From Raillietiella orientalis (taxonomy: Eukaryota), in contig JAYWIR010000065.1 of NCBI GenBank assembly GCA_036172245.1, forward strand, positions 1 through 64,000: 64,000 bases of DNA, in the 5' to 3' direction. This document shows positions 28,101-40,100 of this stretch, in pieces. Numbering within the stretch: the first letter of the stretch is position 1; each line of letters opens with the position of its first letter. Below the pieces are notes generated by a model. The model searched no databases, had not been told where the DNA came from, and was given only the letters and a program-made list of their open reading frames with translations. A program made the position numbers and the translations under genes.

Positions 28101-31100
28101 TATCAAGGAAGCTTTCGAACACCCTTCTGGATGTCGTATCTCAAGCACTTGGGAGAAAACCTTAAAACAGGCACCACACTGTTCACAGAATCAAAAAAAA
28201 ACCTAAAAAAGTGAATATGACCTCTTTCTCCTCTTTTTGGAACACATGTGACAGTGAGAACTGGCATCTACAAACTGGCTCTTATCCTAGATCGGCAGCC
28301 CCTTAAAAGAAGCCGTCCATTCGGACATCAATATCTGGACCACTGTGCTCTCCTCACTAGTATGTCAAAAGAAGGAAAAAATAAAATAATACGCCTTTGT
28401 AAGTGGCACCGCCTGCTGCGATTTCCTTCATCGAATTTCTCTTTTAAAGTTGACCACAAGAGGAGAAGAAAATTTGTACCGGCATGGACTGAGTACCCGG
28501 CTCCACAATCAATCAATTCAGCTTGTGAAGAAATCTCATCGAGAGAGAAGCTGGCTGCAGCTTACATGCGAAATTAACAGTTCCAACGCCCAAGCTGCAA
28601 TGCTGCGTTCGTGGGTGCATCGCCCCGTGGAAGACTCTTTCATTGGGCGCACTCTTCCATAGAGCGTCTACGATCCTCCAGCGGAGGTGCGAGCTGGAGC
28701 TAGCAACAGGTCCAAGATCACCCAGTACTTTGATGCAGATGTTGCTGAGGTGCGTCATTCACGCTAGTAAGGGATCAAAGTGCGTAGCAGCTCCGGACCA
28801 ATGACAACAAAAGTAAATATGGCATTTTCGCCTTCCGATAACGGAACTATGGTAACCTGGGCCTTTGACGTGAGGATGAGACAGTGCGAATTGCAAGGAA
28901 ATTCAGACAGAGGTAGCTTTCCAAAGGAAGAGGATGACAGAGGAATGTTGTAGGTGTATCTATGCGAAACATCTGCATTCACTACTGCATAGGTATTTTT
29001 CGCAATAGGTGCTCACCTGTTCGCAAAACACTCAGGCATCATCAGAAAGGAAATTTCGAAAAAGGGGCCAAAAAGTATGACCCTCGTCGTTTCAGCGTAG
29101 TGAGGAAAAATGAGCGACAATCTACTGCATCGTCCTATGCCACAATAAGGCGCTCATTCCTGTGGATCAAAAGCTTGCACACAGCTCCACATCAATGCGA
29201 AACGTTCAGCATCGGCTCATTGGTGCTGCTGTGTTCTTTGGGTAACATTGCAGCTGAACTGCGGGATCGAATGCTCGACAGAGGACCGAGTTAGAAGGTC
29301 ATCTGACTTGGCAGCGGAAATGAATCGGCAAATCTGAATTGCAGATGGATTCGTTTGGGAGAAGTTTCAAGGAGGAATATAAAGGAAAAATGCAATCTTC
29401 ACGATTGGTGTGATTCTGGCGTTCCCGAGAAACAAAACTTCCCGACGGGAAAAAACTGTTGCGCGGAACTCGAGCAGCATCTTTTTCGATGTGCGGAAGC
29501 GGAGGTCACGTGCTTCTCCAGGATACTCACGCATCACGTAAGTGGCCTTGAATCCAGAAGAGCTTCCCGTATCGTCGCTCCTGAATTTAATCCAGAGAGA
29601 GGAGTTGGCGTTTATGTTCTCGGGTATTTGGTCGCCGCATCCATTCAACAGCAAGGCGCCGCTCGGATCGTCGGCGTGTATTTCGATGTAGTCCAGGTTG
29701 CAGTGCTCCGAGTGCTCGATATCGAACGCAGAGAAGCTGAGCTGAATCCTGTTCCCTTAGATCGACAGTCTCATGTACTTTTCGGATGCGCAAACTGGCA
29801 TGAAACCTGGAGGAAGGGTAATCGTCCATATGCATTCTATCTGTAGAGGGTAGGCCGCTGGAAACCCAGGGGAAGCAAACTCTCCGCTCAAGGAGGTAAA
29901 GTTGGCTCCACAAGCTGAAGAAGAAACGCAAGTAAGAAAGACAATCCCGGAAAGGGTATGATAGGGATGCCTCTTACCTGAGCTGAACGGGTTGTACAGG
30001 ATCCGAAATTTATCGTCATTCCAAAAGCCTCTGTAGGCAACGGTGAGGAAGGGACCCGACGAAACTACAGGTAGCGGTGTATGGTGCCCGCAGTACTTTC
30101 CCAGTAGCAAGGAGTCCAGGCCATCTCCGTCGTACACCTGTTGGAAACGCATCTCGTAGAAGGGCTGAAGGGACACGAACCTCCACAGGATTGATGCATT
30201 CCTCCACTTGGTATGCGTACGTGTCCATGTAGATGAATGTCAGCGTGATGCGGCTGCCTACAGAATAGAGCTTTGAGTCGGTTGAAAACAAAACTGAGCA
30301 CTCAACCTGGAGTGTCAGATGATATCATCCATATGCAGAGATCATCGTGGTGCAAATTTCCTTCGTTAGAGATTTCTCCTGGTGCTATAGCAACGATCTT
30401 GGTTCCGCATACCTGTAAGTTCGCAAGTGAAACGAATCGTTTTGTTTAAGCAAGGAGACCACGGTACCATGGTGAAGTTCGCCAGAAACCCTTTCGAAGT
30501 CATGCTGTCGTCCGATTTGAAGCGGACCAGCATGAAACTACCGCTGGATCGCACGTGCGGCGGCTGTGGCAGAGTGTTCCCGCAGTGAAGTAGCAACAGG
30601 GGGTCCTCTTCGCTATCTCCATCGAAAACCTGCAAAACAACCATCGAGATGCCTACTGATCACTCTTCAAAAGAAAGGAATTCGAAAATCGTCACGTGAA
30701 ACCAATAAATAAGTGCACAACATGCGACTGTGATTTTGAAGACACGGAGCGGAAAGAGTTTTTTTTCAATGAAAAAAGAAAAGGGGCGAGAAGGAGTTCA
30801 ACACAGGAATCCCAATCCAAAGGGGAAGATCCGCGTCAAAGAACACGAATGATTGCAATGAGGGTCGTGAAACCAATGTCCCGCGAAATGAATAGGTGGG
30901 TGAGGGCGTACGCAACATCCTTTCGTCGGGAAACAGACTCGACGGTCTCAAAAAAAAATCCAAGTACTCTGAGGAGAATGTCTTCCTTCTTTATTAGATG
31001 TCGTTTTTTTTTGTCTACCCAACTGGAAGAGTGTTTCAGAAGCTGTGCTTTTCGAGATCTTCACAAACACGATTCACTTCTGAACACCGGAAGCAACTGT

Positions 31101-34100
31101 TTTGCATGGTCCTCGAGCTTCTCACCCGCATGTCTGGGAGGAATAGATCGTGAAGTCAAACTAGAAACCCATTTGCCAGGCTGAAACACGACATCCTGAT
31201 GTGGCAAAGATGGTGTATCTTCGTATTCCCTCAGACTGTCGCGATCATCTCAGAGGTCGTTCCACTTTAGCCTTCATCTCTTCTCAGAATGTGTTTCTTC
31301 AAGTATTTTCCCTGCACCAACAGGAAGAAATATCGTCTGCCATATACTTTCGTTCCACCACTGCTTTGTCGCCAATCTGTTAAAACAAACCAAACTTGTT
31401 CAGGCTCGCAGAGGTGGTTGCTTTTAATTCCTCTGAAAAATGCTTTCGAATTCGAATGGTCTCATTAGTTGCTGCTTCCGTGCATTCGCCTTTGATAGTC
31501 TGTTTCCAGGGATTCGTGCCATTCAAGAGGGCATCAAAGGATGCCTACAAGACTGAAGCCATGAATTGCCGTTGCAAAGAGTGCCACCCGTCTGGCGATT
31601 GAATTAAACTTTCAAGTGAATTGCAGATTGGCTCAAAACAGCGATCCTACCACTTTGCGTGTGCTGCAGTGCATAATTGGTATACGGAATCACATCAGAG
31701 TCATCTGAAGTATGCATCACTGACGCATTCTCGTTCTCATGCTTCATGTTCTATTTCGTGCTAAGATGAAAAGGATTCCAAGTTTTACCTTGATGAAATC
31801 GAAGCTGCAGTTGCTGTGAGGCTCCACGTCGAAATCTATGAATGTAAGATTCACAGAATACCCATTCTCAACTTCAATTAACCAGGAGCAGTCATCATCA
31901 TAGTCATAATTAAGAGGATAGTTCGGAGACGAAATTGAGCCTGTGGAACTCTTCATGAGCCCTCCGCACCCTTGTACAAAACATAATTGTACCATTCGTC
32001 TTCCTCAAATCTTACCTCCGGGCAGTTCTTCGAAGGATGCGTTGAATTTGTTTAAACTACTGTACAAATGACTGTAGGCTACGAAGATGTGATTCCCTCG
32101 TGATGTGACGCGGGCATCCTTTCCCGTTTGAGAGCAGATTTTTGTGAGCAGTGGAGAATGTGAATCTGGACCTCCGTGGATCTGAAATGAAGAAACACAA
32201 AGAAGAAGAAGGATCCAGGAGACGACAATTATGATGTAAGGACTATGGACGAGAACTGGATGATGAAAAGCATCGTTTTTTTCTTGCATGTACTCCGTCA
32301 AGGAAAACAGCTAGCTGAATTCCATTTATGAATCGATGCTTTGGAAACGGATTCCATCACTTGCTTTTCCTTGACTTAAAAACCCACATTCTGGCTATTT
32401 AGTAGAGTTTCGTCGTAATTTCTTCGCCTTGAATCCCTACAGAATTCAACTTTGAATCATCAAATGAGAGAAAATTTTCTTTCCGTAAGAAGCAATAGGC
32501 TCGGCAGTGTACCTCTCCATTTCAGGAGAGGTATTCTGTCACCACAGCCCTTAAAATGCAGCAGCTGCGATCAGCAGTCTGCGCGAAATTGAACACACGC
32601 GAATTCCTTTTCCAGAAGGTGCCTTTTTCGTGGCAAGTGGAACCTCACCAACTAATCCCATTCCAATCACGGCAGGTGAAACACCATTTCCGATCCTTTC
32701 TCACAATGCTTTCCCTATAATCTTTTTGTTCATACAAAGATCAATTCCAGTTCGCCTAGCAAATATGGCACCTGTCCTTGCAGTGAAGGTGTAGAAAAAG
32801 TAATGCTTTGCTATGACTTGCTGATTGCAGCATCTGCTGTGATTTTCCAAGTGCTCATCTCTAATCAGTAAATATGCATCTTTATCTTCCAAGAAGGGCA
32901 TGCATGTGCGTTTATAGCAAAGAAAACTCCCACTCAGTATTGTCCCGGTTTTTCATTTCTTCCCGCTGTTTGTCTGCCGGAACTCTTATGGAGGCCGTCT
33001 TCTCAACGTTCCCATCTCTTCCCCCTTCCACGCCGTGGCCAACGCACAAGTGCAGCTGCAAGGCTGCAGGTGCGAGCGAAGCAGAAGGTGTTTCGGATGG
33101 AACATTCCCACTTGCCTCATCCTGGCCTCGATTGACCTCCAAGGTGTCATCCTGATTTTCTTCCGCGTTCTCTACGAAAATTGTGCCTGAGCAGTGCTTT
33201 TCTTAGCTCCTCGCAAGAATTTGCATCTTTCAGTATTCACTCATCTCTATCAGCCTCCGTTCTCTGCAGAGGACCCACTTCTTTGACGCTTTCCTTTTGA
33301 TCATGGAAAGAGTTGCTGCTTTCTGTCTCAATCAGATCGTGTCATGGACGGCATCTTCTATTCAGAACCAGCTTCTTCACGAACACTAATGCAAAATGCC
33401 AAAGGGCATGCTGCATCCCAAGGAATCTTCTGAAGCCGTGTGGTTTGCCCAATATCTCATGGATGCGTATTTCATGTAAATAAAACACAAAGGCATCGCT
33501 GGTTGATAATGATTCGTGAATAAACAGCGTTACAGCTTAAACTGCGTCAAAGTTGTTTCCCCGCAGGAATTTCACTTCCGCCTCTCGCGTTCCCAGAGTC
33601 GTTTCCGGAATGATACTCCGATTCCTGTTTAAACAGCGAATGAATGAATCAAATAATGAATCCGTCTCACAAATCAATTGCAAATGAGTCCCCCTAGGCA
33701 CAGTCAAAGCAGCAGCTCGGTGTGCTGTCATGGTCAAGGACATCGCTGCGACGAGTGCTTGAAATCGTCAAGGAATCACTTTGCCTCCCGTGGGAGCGCT
33801 GCACCTTTTTTCCGATACAATTTCTCGCCACGCCGCAGCATTTTGAACGTTACCACTGCCAGAAAATCAGATCATGGATATGACGAGGTTTTTGAGTCCT
33901 TTCAAATTACATCATCACATCATCAATCAGAGGAGGTTTGCTCTTCTCAGCCTGCAGTGTTCAGAACCCTTGTTTCTGGATGCGAGATCCAAAAGTCCAG
34001 TTGAAGAGTCATTGGTCTATGCATTTCTTGCTTGCTCTCTAGGCAACAAGTGCTCCCAGGTGAAGCTCCATTTGGTTCTTTTGAAACGGAAGAAAAGCGT

Positions 34101-37100
34101 GTCTTTGTGTGCAGCGTATGCATCCCAATGCGCGGTTGCACACATGTGTATGCATACATGCATATACGTGTGATCGGACAACGACACTCCTCATGATGTG
34201 TTCTCCATCCATGCAAGAAGATCCAGGAGAGATCACTCCGCGTCTTCTGTGACAATTCGAGTGCGCTCCACTGACCACCTCGTGCTCCTCGCTAAACCCA
34301 TCTTGGAGGGTGAACATCTGTCGTGCACTTCAATTCAGGAAACATTTTCAAGTCCACTGATAGTGAGTCAAGAAATCCTTGGCAAATTCTTGAAATTCCC
34401 CAGCAATGCAACTGAGCTGCTGTGAAGCATCTGCAAACAGAACCACGATCAAATAGATTGTAGAAAGGGGACTTGAGTTCGACAATGCTCATTCGCTTTA
34501 CATTATCCACAAATTCCACTCGAAGGACTTATGACAGTTTTACTGTACAAAACGGAAAAACGGATATGTTTCATTCTTAAGATATCCTCCAGCCGATTCT
34601 TTTAGGAAATCCAAGGATGCTTTTTTAAGGAAGGAAATAAGTCCTCCGTTTGGAGCAAACCGCTACTCCTCTTCTTGAAGAAGGTTCACAATGTTAACTG
34701 ACGACAGGTTCTGTGTGAAAGAACTACCGTATGCAGTTTCTTGACTGACATGTCCGTGAACGCCTTCAGTTGAGCTACTGCTCACTGATGAGGTGCGATC
34801 GGGAAAATCGTGAGCCATCATTTCCCTTCGAAAAATGCGTTCCTGATTTCAAAGTGCGCCGATGTCCCCACGGAAACCCAGCTTTCCGATCCTGCCTGTT
34901 GCTAAATTAGCATGACGTCAGTAGTGCGAACCTCAGCTTTTGTCTCCGAGTCAATGTCGCAGTATTTCTAGAGAACATGTGATCATAGCTTCCTTACCTG
35001 AAGAAATTCGTATTCGCAATCCGTGAATCCTTGAATCTCGAAATTTTCAACGGTCAGTTGGATCCTGTTTCCGTATGGAACAGTAATACGCCACTCACAT
35101 CCCTTGCTTTCCTTAGGTGTCCTCGGGTAGCTGGGCGAGGCGAAAACCCCGTGGGCTTTGTAGTAAAATACATCCCCGCATCCTGTAAACAAGATAACAT
35201 GTAATGACTCCATCTGTATTCGAGCACAACGAGATCAAGCCAATTTAAAAAGCACAGATTCTTGTGCAGTCTTGAACTTGACAAACTCTATTCTCCTTAT
35301 TTCTCAATTTCATGAAATGCGTGTACACAACATGAAACAGCTTCTCACCGTCAACAACCCATTCGAGCCGGAATCTGTTCGAGAAGGCGTAGGACGTCCC
35401 AGCAGACAGCACTATCGCTACTTCATGACTTTTGCTCCTCAAAGGCAATGGAGAATTCGTTCCACACACTTTTCTATTGCTTTCTCCATCGATCACCTTG
35501 AACGAGAAAGAATCATATCGAGCACAAGTGATAAATGCACCAAATGATAAAAAGTCGCCATGTTTGCAAGGAGAAGAAAGCTGATTTCCTTCAGTGGGAA
35601 GGTCAGATGTAGTCAACGCGGGATTCCGAGCGCGCCGCAGTATCTTTCTCTTGTGATGCTGCAGACGGCTTCGCATTGTCCGTGCGCATGTAAGATGGAA
35701 TGCTTTGCTGGAATTTCGAGATGCGGCGACCCAACTTTTATCACTCAAAGATTCATGAACTCTTTGGTGTTGCTAGTTGATTTCCGAATTCGAGAACGTG
35801 TACCATGCCTCCAATTATTCGCGAGATTCAAAGAATATCTGCTCTTGATTTGAAGCATCTTTTCAGAAGAGATAACCGATTGATTGGTTCGCACTTGGAT
35901 TGTTATTTCGGTGAAAAGTGCCCATCTGGATTCATCCGATTTTGAGCAGCTGTTGCATCTTTCGCCAACCAATCAACCCTTTATCGCCCACAACTTTCCA
36001 GTATTTTTACTGTCTATACCGACTTGATCCCTCCAGTTGCCAACGAAAGAGAAGAAATACGGAATCTTTTAATTTGAAGGAATAGATCCGAACAATCTTT
36101 GAGCACCAGTTCTTGCTGGCGAGAAAGCAAAGTTCGATCACCATCAGTGACCACCACTACATAATCATCATGAACTGCTTCTCGAGCATCCCTGTCAATT
36201 TCCCTGCGGTGTTTTTTTAACCGGTTCATCCTGTGCATGGAAACGAGAGTGTAGAAATTCGTCAAAGTTGCGATTGACCGCTTGCTTAGAAATGTGTCTC
36301 AAGTATCAAACTGACGCGCCGCAACTGTCGGGGCTCCTGCTCCTATTACGATGCCAAGGGGACAGATGTGACCAGCCGAGAAGTAGATGAGAGGATGAGG
36401 AAAGGCGGAATAGATCGAAAGGAGTTGTATGGAAAGAGCTGAGCATTCATAAGCTCTCAGTTTCCAGTGCACCGAAAAGATCTAGTGGGTTCTTGGAGCC
36501 CTGTGCTCTTCTTGGAAAGAAACAGGTCACGAGAACGTGAGAGAATAGAAAACAAGAGTCTGTGGGATAAACTTTCGCAGAATGAGAAGCAATGCTGATC
36601 TTCTTCGAGTGCTTTTTCAGCTCACCTCTAAGTAGTTTTCGCTGCAATCTGGATGGTCCGATGGTATGAAGAAGGTCGAGAAAGTGATGTTTATCTTGTT
36701 ATTCATAGGAACGGTGATCAGCCACCGGCAGTTCTGTTTGCCGGGATGAGGATCGGGGAAGTTTGGACTTTCGATCACTCCCCGGGAACCGTAAAGAGTG
36801 ACATTGCAATCTGGAAAGGAGCAGCAAGTTTGAAAAGTGGGAACAGGAAGTGCTGGAGTACCAGTAAAATACTGCAGCGAAAAGCCTCTTCCCGTATTCA
36901 TGGAGTCCGTGTGGAACTTGACGGTAGCCCAGTTGCTAGTCATGGGGCGTACAATTGGTAAGGAGTCTCCGCAGAAAGTCCCCACAGAAGGGGAAGCAGT
37001 ACTCCTCCCATCGTAAATCTGGGAGCAGGTGGAATCAATGAGGGTCCACAGGAATGCGGCAGGCAGCTCACTTGCACGTAATCATAGTGACAATCATCCG

Positions 37101-40100
37101 TCTGCTCCACGTCCAGATCGTTAAAAACAAGGAACAGACGGCTCCCTTCATTTCCGTGTATTTTCCACACGCATTCAGCGTAGTCGTCATAGTTGTGGGG
37201 ATAATTTGGGGAGATGATTCTTCCTTGGTAAGAGGTGAGCAGACCACCACAACCTGACGTACGCAAAAGTATCCTTTTTTTATTTTTTGTTTCTTTCGCC
37301 AAGAGAAAATCACCTGTAAGAGTTCCGTCCCAAACTATATAAAAGCCCGGTGCCGATAGGAAATAGTCGCTGTGGAATCGTAGGTACAACGCGTTGCTGT
37401 GGGAAGGAATTATGTGCGGAATCGTTTCTCCGCAGAAGCGCCCAATCAGCGGTGAGTTATCGTAACCTCCATTCCTGCAATGCAATGATTGCAGTCGGAA
37501 AAGAGGCCCACGGCAGCAGCTTTCCTGATTTCCAAGTAATCTGTTCTGCAGGTGGTGTGATTTTCCAAGGAAAAGTGCGTGATGTTGAGAAGTATCTGTT
37601 GGCGGGTCGGGGCAACGATTTTCCACACACAATCCATGTTGTGTGGATATGCCGCCGGATATCCGGGACTCATGATGATTCCATTCGATCTGTAGTAACT
37701 TCCTCCACAGGCTACCTGGGAATGAGCTTCTGAATCGGCTGTGGTCTTTACCTGATGACACATTCAGGAAGTGGTAAGTTAAACTGAACCCAGCGTGTGA
37801 AATGAGGTGGTCGGTACGGAAGTGAATGGTCACCATATTTCCAAATGAAGTCATCACCGGTGGCACATTGAGTCCGCAAAATCTGTCGAACAAAAGATCG
37901 TTGGTTTGTTTCCGGAGGAGCATTTCCGATTTCGAGGGACCAAAATTGATCTCCAGCATGCGAGTGTTCGGATGGGTTTCCTTAACGACGCAGCGTTTTC
38001 GGGGACTGCGTTCGTTAGTGCGATTGGAAGAGCAGAAGGACTGGAAGAGCGGCCTCAATCGGTCTGTTGCAGGATGAGGAAACTGTGGTTTGACTGATTC
38101 TCTGGCCTTTTTGAGATGCGCGTTCAACGATACATTTCTGCGCATTTTCAGAAACGTCGCATTCTGAGCAGAGCGCAAACGCCTGATAAATATGCGCGCG
38201 CACAAGAGGTCACGGTTTTTGAACTCGTCTCTGGGTTATTCTCTTTGCTGTGAACTGCTCCCTAGAAGCCTTGAATACGTGTGAGGCGATCGTTTGAATA
38301 TTCCATGCTACCGTGTGAGCTAAATCGCAGCAAAGAGAATAACACAGAGACCACGTGGAAACTTCTCGAAGGCTGCAACTTTTTGCTTTACAAAGTTTTC
38401 AATTTGGAAACTTTCTGTACAGTACAAAAGGAATCGGCATCCACATCGCACAAACTTTTGCGTCATCACGATGATTCGTGCTGACGGAATCATCGACGTT
38501 GTTGGCTGAATTTGGATTGGCAAAGGTGCACATACGTGGATAGCGAACATGCTAGAAGAATCCACAAGCAATCAAAATTGTGGCTGCCCTCTGTGATGAG
38601 CTAAGTTGACTCCAAGTCGATTGCTCTCATCTTGAAGCAAGTAGATCGCTCACTTGAAATAAACTGCGAGACAGTTTTCGCATTTTCGAATTCGTAATTG
38701 GAAATTCTGGCCCTTCTACGCGACTGAAAAGCATTCATTGGAAACGACACGCAACTGATAGAAACCACATTCTGTGGGTTCGGTGGCTGGAAGTCAGCAA
38801 TCAAGCGCGAGTGCAACTCGGACGTTCACTTGTCTATAAATCATCCTCAGAAAACTCCACAGTGACACCAGAGAGAAGTTTCTAGGAAAAAGTGGCAGTC
38901 TCTGTATGCTTTTCTGAAGAATGCTTTGCGTCGTACGAAACCGCGATAACAGGGAATGCTGACATGAAGGAGAAAACTGTGCGGGGATCTCAAGCACTTT
39001 GGGCACCTCCTATAGGAACAGCTTACCTTCTCATCAGGCCTGCAGTTCCAGGGATGGTTGAGTTGTCGTAAATTTCGATGTAGTCGTAGGTGCATTCACT
39101 GTCATCCTCCAATTCGAAAGTCAAGAAGGTGATCTGGATCGCGAATCCCGGAGGCGCGATGATAATCCACGTGCAGGTCAGGTTGTCAGGGTATGTTTCC
39201 GGATGAGATGGGGAGCTGATGGTTGCTATTTCTTCTCTGTAAACACCTCCACAATCTGGAAGAAAGATGAAGAGTCTGAAGCTGGCTTTCTAGTCTGAGT
39301 GTTTGCACTTTCGTAGGTAGTCCCTTCCTTCTGAGAGACACTTGGAGATCAAGCTTAGCAGCGTCCAGTGTGTAGTGGCGGTGAAATTCGATAATCTAAA
39401 TGTGAAACGGGAATGGATCATTCGACAGAACCAAGTTGCCAGACGATCTCTTAGAAATCCATATCAAGAGTCTGGACGGAAGGTATGATGGATTTTACAA
39501 AGAGCGCACTCCGCTATATGCTGTAGAATTGTTTCGAGTCCGTTTTCTCCTTTTGCTGTTCCGAAAAGGTGGGATGCTTTTTTTCTGCTCGCGCCACCGT
39601 TGAAAAATAAACATTCCTCCAAAACATCCCAGTCATGATCGTTATCCAGAAACTGCATCCCTATCACGAGCACCGAAATGCCGATTCTCTAATTTGGAAT
39701 GCGATGTGCTTTCAGGTGGCGGAAGCCACTGACTCACAGCACTCCGCTTTGCGAATGCTTCATCCTGTCGATATGAAAACTGTACAATGTGTCAATCTGA
39801 ACAAACAACGAAAAGGTAGGAAGTGAGGCCAAGGGGCTGCGAGTAGGCTTTCCTAGAAACAAACTCTCCATGCCATCCAATAGCGCTTTTCAATACGCAA
39901 GGGCTACAGCGTGATGGCAACGCGGACACGAGTGAAGCAGGTCGGACAAATTCCAAATCCCTAAAGCATGGATGATGGGTGGTGTTCCGAGACGACTTCC
40001 ACGCTTCATGGAACTACGATTGGGGAATCGTTCCCCATCGCGGTTCTCGGTGCTTGGTCTATAGTGCAACAACATCAAAATGAGGGCCAAAGGAACTCTC

